From positions 320,001 to 384,000 of the forward strand of contig CAVYCN010000004.1 in NCBI GenBank assembly GCA_963767005.1: a stretch of 64,000 nt of DNA, given 5' to 3'. A program made the position numbers and the translations under genes. This stretch comes from an uncultured Actinomycetes bacterium (GTDB taxonomy: Bacteria; Actinomycetota; Thermoleophilia; UBA2241). Each line of letters begins with the position of its first letter. The stretch's first letter is position 1. Positions 19,451 to 30,661 of the stretch are shown one piece after another. A model generated the notes under the pieces. That model was not told the origin of the DNA. It was given only the letters and a program-made list of their open reading frames with translations, and searched no databases.

Positions 19451-20026
19451 TCACCGCGGCCCGTCTCCCCAGCGTCGGCCCCAGACCACGAGCTCGCGGA
19501 GCTGTGCCGCCACGAGTTCCCGGGCGGTCTCGTCGACGAGCTCCCCCGCGTCGTCGAAGCGTTCGGCCGCGCGAAAGACGAGGACCTCGGGCTTCAGCAG
19601 CACGGGCGACTCCACGAAGAGCAACGTCTGGCGCAGCGCGAGCTGAGCGCGGACGGTGCCGAAGTTGCCCGTGCTGGCGCCCATCAGGGCGACGGGCTTG
19701 TGCCGTAGCGGCGTCTCGGCTGGCGGGCGCGAGACCCAGTCCAGGGCGTTCTTCAGCAAGCCGGGCGGTCCGTAGTTGTACTCGGGGGTGGCGATGAGCA
19801 GCGCGTCGGCGTCGTCGATCTCGCGCCAGAGCGCGGCGACCGGCGCGGGCAGGCCGCGCAGGCGCGCGTCGTCGTCGTAGGGCGGGATCTCGCCGAGCCG
19901 GTCGAAGGTGTGCAGGCCGGCGCCGGGCGGCACGAGCGCCGCGGCCGCGCGCAGCAGGGCGCGGTTGTACGACTCGCGTCGCAGGCTCCCGCAGAGCCCC
20001 AGGATCGAGAAGCTCGGATGCGTCAC
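19451..20026 (-). CDS. NAD(P)H-dependent FMN reductase (ChrR/YieF-like)
   Basis: GSLR..SYN, ATPEYNY..PG.LKNALDW.SRP, GAS.G.FG..RAQ. Confidence 0.92.
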   Translation of the reverse strand: MTHPSFSILGLCGSLRRESYNRALLRAAAALVPPGAGLHTFDRLGEIPPYDDDARLRGLPAPVAALWREIDDADALLIATPEYNYGPPGLLKNALDWVSRPPAETPLRHKPVALMGASTGNFGTVRAQLALRQTLLFVESPVLLKPEVLVFRAAERFDDAGELVDETARELVAAQLRELVVWGRRWGDGPR

Positions 20027-20217
20027 GTCGTCCCTCCCCCGTCGCGCCTTCGGCCGTGTGGCGGCCACGGGGCGGGCGGCGGCGGGGCCGGGACGGCCCC
20101 GCCGCCGCCCGCCGTATCGCTAGCCTACGCCCCGGCGAGGTCAACGGGGTCGGATCGTCGCGCCCGGGAACCGTCAGGTGGCCTCACGTGACGCGAAGCA
20201 AGCAGAGGAGGACCCGC

Positions 20218-20793
20218 ATGTCAGACGAGTTGCACGACAAGCGCATCGCCATCCTGTTCACCGACGGCGTCGAGCGCGCCGAGCTCATGCGACCGCTCGA
20301 GGCCCTGCGCGAGGCCGGCGCCCGCATCGACCTGCTCTCGATCCACGATGGCCCCGTGCAGACGATGGAGCACGCCGACAAGGCGGAGACGGTGATGGTC
20401 GATGGCACGGTGGAGAGGGCCGACCCCGGTAGCTACGAAGGTCTCGTGCTCCCCGGTGGCGTCTCCAACCCCGACAAGCTGCGTATGAACGGCGCGGCGG
20501 TGGCCTTCGTCCGCGCCGCCTTCACCGCCGGCGTCCCCATCGCGGTCATCTGTCACGGCCCCTGGACGATGGTCGAGGCCGGTGTCGTGAAGGGGCTCAC
20601 GATGACCTCGTATCCAAGTCTGAAGACCGACATCCGCAACGCGGGCGGCACCTGGGTCGACCGGGAGGCGGTGGTCGACCGCGCCGTCGTCTCGAGTCGC
20701 GACCCGCACGACCTGCCCGCGTTCTGCTCGCAAATGATCCGTCTGTTCGCCGCCGGCCGCCAGCGCACGGAGCGCGGCAGCCTCGCCGCCTAA
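20218..20793 (+). CDS. PfpI/DJ-1 family protein (YhbO-like)
   Basis: DGVE..EL, LPGG..NPD.LR, ICHGPW, SR.P.DL.AF; GAGGAGG RBS. Confidence 0.92.
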   Translation: MSDELHDKRIAILFTDGVERAELMRPLEALREAGARIDLLSIHDGPVQTMEHADKAETVMVDGTVERADPGSYEGLVLPGGVSNPDKLRMNGAAVAFVRAAFTAGVPIAVICHGPWTMVEAGVVKGLTMTSYPSLKTDIRNAGGTWVDREAVVDRAVVSSRDPHDLPAFCSQMIRLFAAGRQRTERGSLAA

Positions 20794-20819
20794 AGCTGCC
20801 CGGACGCCGTGCGCCGGCG

Positions 20820-22487
20820 CTAGGGCGCGGGCGCGGCGGCGGGCGACTGGGTGTCGTCGGCGGCGGCCGTCGCCGATGTGGTCGCCGGCGGCGCTCCCGC
20901 CGGCAGGGCCGCCGGCATGGCGGCCGTCGGGCCGGTCGCCAGGCGCACGGCGGCGGCCGACGCCAGAGCGGCGAAGAGCCACAGGTAAGGGTCTTCGAAG
21001 AAGGCGTTGTAGGTCATGCTGTGCACGAGGATAGAGACGACGCACGCCACGAGACCGGCTTGCAAGAGGTAGAGGCGCCGGTCGGCGCCGAAGCGGCGCC
21101 GGCCGGCGGTGGTCGCGAAGAAGGTGGCAAGCAGCGCGGCGAAGGCCAGCAGCCCGATCGTGCCCTGCTCGGCGGCGACGGTGAGGACCGTCGTGTGGCT
21201 GTCGCGCACGGCGAGGCTGGCCGCGTGCGTGTGGCGGAAGTGCGGGTAGGCGAGCGGGAACTGGGCCAGCCCGAGGCCGTCCAGCGGGTGCTTCTCGAAC
21301 ATGAAGATGCCCGCCTCCATGAGGTAGACGCGCCCTCCGGTGATCTTGTTCCAGCCCCTGGTCGTCGTCAGCTTGTTGCGGACGTCCTGAGGGTGCCTCA
21401 CGGCGGTGAGGCCGGTGAGGCCGGCCGCAAGCACGAGCACGGTGAGCAGCACGGCGACCGCCCCGCGTCGCCGCCCGAGCCACCCGAGCTCGAGCACGAC
21501 GGCGCCGAGCAGCAGGCCGGCGACGCTCGAGCGCGAGAAGGTCACGACCAGGGCGATCGCCGCGAGCACGACGGCGCCGCCCGTGAGCCACAGGCCGCGG
21601 GTGCGCTCGCGGCCGGGCTCGCGCAAGCGGATGGCGAGGAACAAGGCGAGGCCGGCCAGCATGACGAGGCCGAGAAAGCGTCCGTAGATGTTGGGATCCC
21701 AGAACACCGAGTTCGAGCGGAACGTATGTTGCAGGGCGAGGTCGTGCTCGATGCCGGCGCGATTCACGATGATGAGGTGCGTCGGGTACTGGACGATGCC
21801 GACCACGGCGAGGACGGCGCCGGCGCCGACGAAGGTGACGAGCAGCCGCCACAGGCGGCGCGCGTCGGTCACGTAGCGGTAGACGAGGTAGTAGAGCACG
21901 CCGAACGGCAGGTAGAAGGCAAAGAGCTTGACGAGCGCGTCGGCGAAGCCCTTGTCGAGGGATGCGTAGCGCGGCCCGATCCACAAGGTCGACAGGCCGA
22001 TCACGGCGATCATGACGGCGAACGCGAGGCGCAGCGGGTCGCGGCGGCGCTCGTCGGGCACGCGCAGCCGGTCACGCACGAGCAGCTCGGCGATGGCGAC
22101 CGCGAGCAGCACGAGGTAGAGCGGGATCAGCAGGTCGCTCGTGGTGGAGCCGAGCGGCAGCTCGATGCGCAGCGGGGCGAGGACGAGCACGACCGGCATG
22201 GCCCAGTCGGGGTAGCGCCAGGCGAGCCACGTCGCCGCGGTCAGAAAGACGGTGAGCGCGAGGCCGCCGGCGGCGAGCAGGGGCAGATGATGAGAGACGC
22301 GGGCCGCGGTCCCGCCCGCGGTGCTGAGCGCGTCGAGGGTCGAGACGGCGAGCAGCACGGTGCACGCGATGAGGGCGGCGAAGACCACGCGCCGCGCCAG
22401 CGCGCCGCGCGGGACGTCGACGAACAGCGCCAGGTACGTGGCCAGCAGGCCGACGAGGCTGAGCTTGGCGACGAGGAGGCCGGACAG
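20820..22487 (-). CDS. O-antigen ligase/Wzy-family membrane protein; probable non-canonical CTG start
   Basis: SVFWDPN..G, TFSRS, HP..G.GL..F, SHT......AEQG..G; coding-like codons extend 33 codons above the first GTG (22388). Confidence 0.82.
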   Translation of the reverse strand: MSGLLVAKLSLVGLLATYLALFVDVPRGALARRVVFAALIACTVLLAVSTLDALSTAGGTAARVSHHLPLLAAGGLALTVFLTAATWLAWRYPDWAMPVVLVLAPLRIELPLGSTTSDLLIPLYLVLLAVAIAELLVRDRLRVPDERRRDPLRLAFAVMIAVIGLSTLWIGPRYASLDKGFADALVKLFAFYLPFGVLYYLVYRYVTDARRLWRLLVTFVGAGAVLAVVGIVQYPTHLIIVNRAGIEHDLALQHTFRSNSVFWDPNIYGRFLGLVMLAGLALFLAIRLREPGRERTRGLWLTGGAVVLAAIALVVTFSRSSVAGLLLGAVVLELGWLGRRRGAVAVLLTVLVLAAGLTGLTAVRHPQDVRNKLTTTRGWNKITGGRVYLMEAGIFMFEKHPLDGLGLAQFPLAYPHFRHTHAASLAVRDSHTTVLTVAAEQGTIGLLAFAALLATFFATTAGRRRFGADRRLYLLQAGLVACVVSILVHSMTYNAFFEDPYLWLFAALASAAAVRLATGPTAAMPAALPAGAPPATTSATAAADDTQSPAAAPAP

Positions 22488-22494
22488 GGGAGGC

Positions 22495-24489
<1,995 letters not shown>

Positions 24490-24556
24490 CGGGTCTCCCG
24501 GTCCCGGTGACCCTGGCGGCGCGACGGCCGGCGAAGCCGCCGGCCGGCGTGACCCA

Positions 24557-25603
24557 TCATAGCACCGGCTCCAGAGGCCGGCGCAGGAGCCGGCGACGGG
24601 CGACGTCGAGGATCTCGTCGACGAACAGCTGGGGGTCGCGGCGTTCGGCCTGTAGCGCGTGACGGCCCTTCTTCTTGAGCTGCACGTCGTCGGCCGACGA
24701 GGCGCGGCGCAGGCGGCCCTCGGCGATGAGCCGCTCGTCGACGGCGCCGAGGCGGCCGGCGAACATCGTGTAGGCCGGCGTGCCCAGCGCGACGGCCTCG
24801 CGGTTCATGGTGCCGCCGGCGCCGATCACGAAGTCGGCGGCGGCGATCAGGCTGAGGCCGTCGATCGCGCGCTCGGGGACGACGACGTTGCCGAGGTCGA
24901 GCGCGCCGTAGTGGCGGCGCTGCTCGTCGGTGCGCGGGATGATCACGAGCGTCACGTTGCGGCGCGCCGCGAGGTCGCGCACGACGCTGTCGAACAGCGG
25001 GTTCTCGTGGCGGTGGTAGAGCGTCACGTGGGGCGCCGGGCGCAGCACACCGATGACGCGGCGCGCGTCGAGGTCGAGCTGCTCGAGGATCGTGGCATCG
25101 GGCTGGAAGTCATAGAGGTAGTACTCCTCCTTGAGCCCCGGGTAGCGGAACACCTTCCCCGACTTTGCCCCGTACGGCGCGAGACGATCCAGGGGGATGG
25201 CCTCGGGCACGACGATCTCGTCGACGAGGCGCACGTTCAGGTGGTGCGACACCGTCGCGTACTCGTAGTCGAACATCGTGAGCTGCGGTATGCCGAGGGT
25301 CCAGGCGGCGAGGGCGAGGTCGTTCGAGTTGTGGCCGACCGCCACGTGGAAGCCGGCGGAACGAGCCTGGGCGACGAGGTGCGCCGAACGATTGAACAGG
25401 CCGATCGCCTTGGCCGGCACGCTGCGTCCCATGTGCTGGCCGGTGATCACCGCGGCCAGGCCGTAGCGCGACAGGAGCTGCTCGGTCTGCGCGTACTTGC
25501 GCGCGGTGAGCGTGACCGTGTGGCCCTGCGCCTCGAGCCGCCGGATGATCGGCGCGAAGAACAGCACGTGCGGTGAGTTCGTGATGTCGATCCAGACGCG
25601 CAC
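24557..25603 (-). CDS. DUF354 family GT-B-fold protein
   Basis: VWIDI.N.PHV.FF, DYE, YPG.KE, GGTMNREA..LG.P. Confidence 0.85.
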   Translation of the reverse strand: MRVWIDITNSPHVLFFAPIIRRLEAQGHTVTLTARKYAQTEQLLSRYGLAAVITGQHMGRSVPAKAIGLFNRSAHLVAQARSAGFHVAVGHNSNDLALAAWTLGIPQLTMFDYEYATVSHHLNVRLVDEIVVPEAIPLDRLAPYGAKSGKVFRYPGLKEEYYLYDFQPDATILEQLDLDARRVIGVLRPAPHVTLYHRHENPLFDSVVRDLAARRNVTLVIIPRTDEQRRHYGALDLGNVVVPERAIDGLSLIAAADFVIGAGGTMNREAVALGTPAYTMFAGRLGAVDERLIAEGRLRRASSADDVQLKKKGRHALQAERRDPQLFVDEILDVARRRLLRRPLEPVL

Positions 25604-25615
25604 GGCGCCGCTGCC

Positions 25616-26713
25616 CTAGGCGAGCACCCCGGCGAGGACCTCGGCGACCGCGGCGACCTGTTCCCGTCCGAGATGCGGATGCATGGGCAGGGCGAGGTTG
25701 GTGCGGGCCGCCTCTTCGGTCGCCGGGAAGTCGCCCTGCCTGTGGCCCAGGAACGCGAGCGCGGGCTGCAGGTGGAGCGGCGTCGTGTAGTAGGCGGCGC
25801 AGGCCACGCCGGCCTCTTTCAGGGCTGTCGCGGCCGCGTCGCGCTGGGCGAGGCGGGCGACGTAGAGGTGGTAGACGTGGGTGAGGCCGGCGGGCACGGC
25901 CGGGCGCCGGACGGCGGCCGGGAGGCCCTCGTCGTACCAGGCCGCGACCTGGGCGCGCCATGCGTTCCAGGCGTCGACCTTCGTGAGGCCGACGCGCAGC
26001 ACGGCCGCCTGGATCTCGTCGAGCCGCGAGTTGTAGCCGACGTAGTCGAAGTCCACCTTGTCGCGGCTGCCGTGGAAGCGCAGCAGGCGGGCCATGTCGA
26101 CGAACTCGGCGATGCGACCGGTGACGAGGCCGCCGTCGCCGTAGCCGCCCAGGTTCTTGGTCGGGAAGAAGCTGAAGACGCCGAGGTCGCCGAGACCGCC
26201 GGCGCGGCGCCCTTTGTAGCTCGCGCCGAATGCCTGGCAGGCGTCCTCGACGACCGTGAGGCCGTGCTCGCTGGCCACCGCGCTCAGGGCGTCGGCGTCG
26301 GCCGGCAGGCCGAACAGGTCGACCGGCACGATCGCCTTGGTCATGGCGGTGACGGCGCCGGGGACGGCGGCGGGGTCGATGTTGAGGGTCTCGGGGTCGA
26401 TGTCGACGAACACGGGGCGGGCGCCGGCCTGCACGATGGCCTCGGCCGTGGCGTAGAAGGTGAACGGCGTGGTGATCACCTCGTCGCCCTCGCCGACGCC
26501 GGCCGCTCGCAGGGCGATCGTCAGGCCATCGGTGCCGTTCGCCACGCCGACCGCGCCGACGGTGCCGAGGTACGCGGCGAGCTCGGCCTCGAGGGCCTTT
26601 ACGTTGGGCCCGAGGATGAACTGCCCGCCGCGCAGGACCGCGAGGACGGCGGCTTCGACCTCGTCCTGTACGTCGGCGATCTGCCCCTTGATGTCCATCA
26701 GACCGATCGGCAC
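25616..26713 (-). CDS. DegT/DnrJ/EryC1 aminotransferase (WbpE-like)
   Basis: VANGTD, PFTF.AT.E, EDACQA.G, SFFPTKNLG.YGDGG, NSRLDEIQA. Confidence 0.94.
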   Translation of the reverse strand: MPIGLMDIKGQIADVQDEVEAAVLAVLRGGQFILGPNVKALEAELAAYLGTVGAVGVANGTDGLTIALRAAGVGEGDEVITTPFTFYATAEAIVQAGARPVFVDIDPETLNIDPAAVPGAVTAMTKAIVPVDLFGLPADADALSAVASEHGLTVVEDACQAFGASYKGRRAGGLGDLGVFSFFPTKNLGGYGDGGLVTGRIAEFVDMARLLRFHGSRDKVDFDYVGYNSRLDEIQAAVLRVGLTKVDAWNAWRAQVAAWYDEGLPAAVRRPAVPAGLTHVYHLYVARLAQRDAAATALKEAGVACAAYYTTPLHLQPALAFLGHRQGDFPATEEAARTNLALPMHPHLGREQVAAVAEVLAGVLA

Positions 26714-26863
26714 GTCAAACGCCTCCCGTAAGCTCGTCGCAGACCCGCACGCGGGCGCGCGCGGTCGCGCTGAACGCTAGCACAGCGCGCGGCGGCCGAC
26801 CAAACGACGGCCCGGGTCGCAGCCGGTCGGGGCAAGTCGGCCTGTGGTAGTGTACGGCCCGTC

Positions 26864-27502
26864 ATGCAGCACGTCATCGACCCCATCGTCACCTGGTGCA
26901 CCCACCTGATCGGCAATTGGGGACTGCCCGCGGTCTTCGTCTTGATGCTCCTCGAGAGCGCCTGCATCCCGATCCCGAGCGAGGCGATCATGCCCTTTGC
27001 CGGCTTCGCCGTCAGCCAGGGTCACATGAGCCTCGCGGGGATCGTCGTGGCGGGCGTGGTCGGCAACCTGTGCGGCTCGTGGGTGAGCTACGGCGTCGGC
27101 TACCGCGGCGGCCGGCCGTTCGTCGAACGCTACGGTCGCTACGTGCTCCTGCGCACGCATCATCTCGCCCTGGCCGAACGCTTCTTCGCCCGCTACGGAC
27201 CGATCACGGTGTTCTTCGCGCGCATGGTGCCGATCGTGTGCACTTTCATCTCGCTGCCGGCCGGCTTCGGCCGCATGCGGTTCTGGAAGTTCACGCTGTA
27301 CACCGTCATGGGATCCGTGCCCTGGGTGCTGATGCTTGGCTTCGTCGGCGAGAAGCTCGGCGGCAACTGGAAGAAGATCGACCCGCTGCTGCACTACCTC
27401 GACTACGCGGTCGTCGTCGCCGCCATTGGGCTCATCGTCTGGGTCGTGCTGCGCCGGCGCGGCTCGCGGGGAGCGGCGGGCGACGCCGCCGGCGGCTCGT
27501 GA
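26864..27502 (+). CDS. DedA family membrane protein (YngC/UptA-like)
   Basis: LM.LESACIPIPSE.IMPFAG, GGRP...YG.Y, FISLPAG. Confidence 0.9.
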   Translation: MQHVIDPIVTWCTHLIGNWGLPAVFVLMLLESACIPIPSEAIMPFAGFAVSQGHMSLAGIVVAGVVGNLCGSWVSYGVGYRGGRPFVERYGRYVLLRTHHLALAERFFARYGPITVFFARMVPIVCTFISLPAGFGRMRFWKFTLYTVMGSVPWVLMLGFVGEKLGGNWKKIDPLLHYLDYAVVVAAIGLIVWVVLRRRGSRGAAGDAAGGS

Positions 27503-27539
27503 ACGCCGCGCCCGCAGCCGCGTGCACGAGGCGGCGGCC

Positions 27540-28928
27540 ATGACGTCGCTGTCGCTGCCCTCGGCCGCCCGCGTGGTCGCGCCGGCGACCACCGCCAACC
27601 TCGGGCCGGGCTTCGACTGCCTGGGGCTCACGCTCGACCTGTGGAACGCGGCGACCTTCTCGCTCGTCGGCGACGGCGTCGCGGTGCACGTGCGCGGCGA
27701 GGGCAGCGAGGTGCTGCCGGACGGCGCCACAAACATGGTCGCGCGCGCGTTCCAGCGTCTGTACGACGAGGCCGGCGCGCCCCTGCCGGCCGGGCTCACG
27801 ATCGACTGCGACGTCGCCGTCCCGCTGTCGTCGGGCCTGGGCTCGAGCGCCGCGGCGATCGTGAGTGGGCTGCTCGGCGCCAACGAGCTCCTCGGCCGGC
27901 CGCTCGACGCGGCCGGCATCCTCGCCCTGGCCACCGAGATCGAGGGCCACCCCGACAACGTCGCGGCCACGCTCGACGGCGGCCTCGTGATCGTCGTGAA
28001 CGGCGAGGAGGGCCTGCTCACCGAGCGCATCGAGGTGCGGCCCGTGCTCGTGGCGCTCGCCGTGTCGCAGATCGAGTACTCGACGAGCGCGGCGCGGGCC
28101 GAGCTGCCCACCTACGTGGCGCTGGCCGACGCCGTCTACAACATGGGTCGCGCCGCCCTCGTGGTCGAGGCCTTGCGCCGCGGCGACCTCGAGCTGCTCG
28201 GCAAGGCGATGGACGACCGCCTGCATCAGGCGCAGCGCCTCGAGCACATGCCCGGTGGCCCGGCGGCCATGGCGGCGGCACGCGCCGCGGGCGCGGCCGC
28301 GGTCGCCGTCTCCGGGTCCGGGCCGAGCCTGATCGCGTTCCCGGCGCCCGGCGCGTCGGTCGACGACGTCGCCGCGGCCATGGTCGAGGCGCTCGCCGGC
28401 GTGGGCGTGCGCGCCCGCCCGTTCACGCTCGCGACGAGCGACCGGGGAGCGTCCTCGCGGCCGCTGCTCGTGGGCGGGCAGCGGCCGGCATCGCGGGTGG
28501 GCGAGACCGCCGGCTTCGAGCTCACCGACCACACCGCCGACGTCGGCCTGCGCGTCTGGGGACCGTCGGAGCCGGGGCTCTTCGAGCAGGCCGCCCTCGG
28601 CCTCGCGTCGCTGCTGTGCGACCCCGCCGGCGTCGAGCCGCGCGAGACCTACAGCGTGATCGCCGAGGCTCCGGCTGGCGCGCCCGACGCGCTGCTCGTG
28701 GCCTGGCTCAACGAGCTGCTCTACCGGATCGACACCGACGGCATCGTCTTTAGCGAGGTCGCCGTCGAGGGCCTCACCCACCGCTACGTGTCGGCCCGGT
28801 TGCGCGGCGAACCGCTCGACCGGACTCGCCACCGCACCCGGCTCGACGTGAAGGCGGCCACCTACCACGGTCTGTCGGTGAGCCACGGCGACCAGGGCTG
28901 GGAGGCCACGGTCGTCCTCGACGTCTGA
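27540..28928 (+). CDS. thrB: Homoserine kinase fused in frame to a C-terminal archease domain
   Basis: PATTANLGPGFD, PLSSGLGSSAA, EGHPDNV, SGSGPS (ThrB); DHTAD, LLV.WLNELLY, VKAATYH, terminal VVLDV (archease, from about 28497); no stop between them. Confidence 0.88.
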   Translation: MTSLSLPSAARVVAPATTANLGPGFDCLGLTLDLWNAATFSLVGDGVAVHVRGEGSEVLPDGATNMVARAFQRLYDEAGAPLPAGLTIDCDVAVPLSSGLGSSAAAIVSGLLGANELLGRPLDAAGILALATEIEGHPDNVAATLDGGLVIVVNGEEGLLTERIEVRPVLVALAVSQIEYSTSAARAELPTYVALADAVYNMGRAALVVEALRRGDLELLGKAMDDRLHQAQRLEHMPGGPAAMAAARAAGAAAVAVSGSGPSLIAFPAPGASVDDVAAAMVEALAGVGVRARPFTLATSDRGASSRPLLVGGQRPASRVGETAGFELTDHTADVGLRVWGPSEPGLFEQAALGLASLLCDPAGVEPRETYSVIAEAPAGAPDALLVAWLNELLYRIDTDGIVFSEVAVEGLTHRYVSARLRGEPLDRTRHRTRLDVKAATYHGLSVSHGDQGWEATVVLDV

Positions 28929-29142
28929 CGGGGCCGGCGCGCCTCGCGCGGCGCGAGGCCAGCTGCCGGCGCTCGTGCGATCCGGCGCTTCCGCGATCCG
29001 GCGCTTCCGCGACACGGGCACCTGGGCTGCCGGCGCCCTGGTCTCTCGCGCGCGGGCGCGTCGTGAAACAGCGCGAGGACGGGAAAGCGCGAGAACGGGC
29101 ACAACCGCGGCAGACGCTGTCCGGTGGATCGGCAGGTGGCCC

Positions 29143-30597
29143 ATGGAGGGCGTGAACGCCGGCGGACTTGAGATCCGCCGCCTCGATGAGTACGTGTGGG
29201 AGATCCCGGCGCAGGGCGACATGCGCGTGCCGGGGATCGTCTACGCCGGGGCCGAGCTCTTCGACCAGACCGGCTCCGACGAGGCGCTGCGGCAGGTGGC
29301 CAACGTGGCCACGCTGCCCGGTGTGCTGAAAGCCAGCTTCGCCATGCCCGACATCCACTGGGGGTACGGCCTTCCGATCGGCGGCGTGGCGGCGACCGAC
29401 GAGCGCGACGGCGTGGTCTCACCCGGCGGCGTCGGCTTCGACATCAACTGCGGCGTGCGGCTCGTGCGCACGAATCTGCGCCTGACCGACGTGGCGCCGC
29501 GGCTCGAGGAGCTGCTCCACGAGCTCGAGCGGCGGGTGCCGCGGGGCACCGGCGCCCGCGGGGCGCTGCGCCTGACCCCCCGCGATCTGCACCGCCTGGT
29601 CGAGGAGGGCGTGCCGTTCCTCGCGGAGCTGGGCCTGGCGACCGAGGACGACCTCGCCCACACCGAGGAGGGCGGCGCCGTGCCGGGCGCCGACCCCGAC
29701 ACAGTCACGCAGAAGGCGCTCGCTCGCGGCCTGCCCCAGGTGGGCAGCCTGGGCGCCGGCAACCACTTCCTCGAGGTGCAGGCCGTCGACGAGGTGGTCG
29801 ACGTCGAAGCTGCCGAGGCCTTCGGCGTCGCCGCCGGACAGGTCGTCGTCATGATCCACTCCGGTTCCCGCGGCTTCGGCCACCAGACCTGCACCGACCA
29901 CCTGGCGCGCATGAACGCACCCAACCGCTTCGGCTTCGAGTTGCCCGACCGGCAGCTCGCCTGCGCGCCGGTCGGCTCGCCCGAGGGGCGCGACTACCTG
30001 GCCGCCATGGCCTGCGCCTGCAACTTCGCCTTCGCCAACCGGCAGGTGATGATGAACGAGGTGCGCGGCGCGCTGGAACAGGTCTTCCGGGCGAGCCACG
30101 AGCGCCTGGGGGTCGAGCTCGTCTACGACGTGGCCCACAACATCGCCAAGCGCGAGACGCACGTGGTCGACGGGGTCGAGCGCGCCGTCCTCGTGCACCG
30201 CAAGGGGGCGACCCGGGCCTTCGGCCCGGGTCGCCCCGACGTGCCGGCCGACTATCGCAACGTCGGCCAGCCGGTGATCATCCCGGGCGACATGGGCCGC
30301 GAGAGCTGGCTGCTGGCCGGCACCGACACGGCCATGCGCGAGACGTTCGGCTCGACCTGCCACGGTGCCGGCCGCCTGCTGTCGCGCGGCGCGGCGCGCA
30401 AGGTACGCAGCGGGCCCGAGGTGCGCCGCGAGCTCGAAGAGCAGGGCATCCTGGTGCACGCCGCCTCGACCGGGCTGCTCGCCGAAGAGGCGCCGTACGC
30501 CTACAAGGACGTCGCCCGGGTAGTGGCCATCGTCGAGGCGGTCGGCCTGTCGCGGCGCGTGGCCCGCCTCAAGCCGCTCGGCGTGCTCAAGGGCTAG
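29143..30597 (+). CDS. rtcB: RNA ligase RtcB (long, archease-associated type)
   Basis: MPDIHWGYG, GVGFDINCG, GNHFLE, HSGSRG, HNIAK, HRKGA, HGAGR, EEAP.AYKD. Confidence 0.95.
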   Translation: MEGVNAGGLEIRRLDEYVWEIPAQGDMRVPGIVYAGAELFDQTGSDEALRQVANVATLPGVLKASFAMPDIHWGYGLPIGGVAATDERDGVVSPGGVGFDINCGVRLVRTNLRLTDVAPRLEELLHELERRVPRGTGARGALRLTPRDLHRLVEEGVPFLAELGLATEDDLAHTEEGGAVPGADPDTVTQKALARGLPQVGSLGAGNHFLEVQAVDEVVDVEAAEAFGVAAGQVVVMIHSGSRGFGHQTCTDHLARMNAPNRFGFELPDRQLACAPVGSPEGRDYLAAMACACNFAFANRQVMMNEVRGALEQVFRASHERLGVELVYDVAHNIAKRETHVVDGVERAVLVHRKGATRAFGPGRPDVPADYRNVGQPVIIPGDMGRESWLLAGTDTAMRETFGSTCHGAGRLLSRGAARKVRSGPEVRRELEEQGILVHAASTGLLAEEAPYAYKDVARVVAIVEAVGLSRRVARLKPLGVLKG

Positions 30598-30661
30598 CAC
30601 GCGGCCGGCGAACGACTTCGTCGCCGGCTCTCAGGCAGGCGTGACCTCGTCGCGCGCCTCG

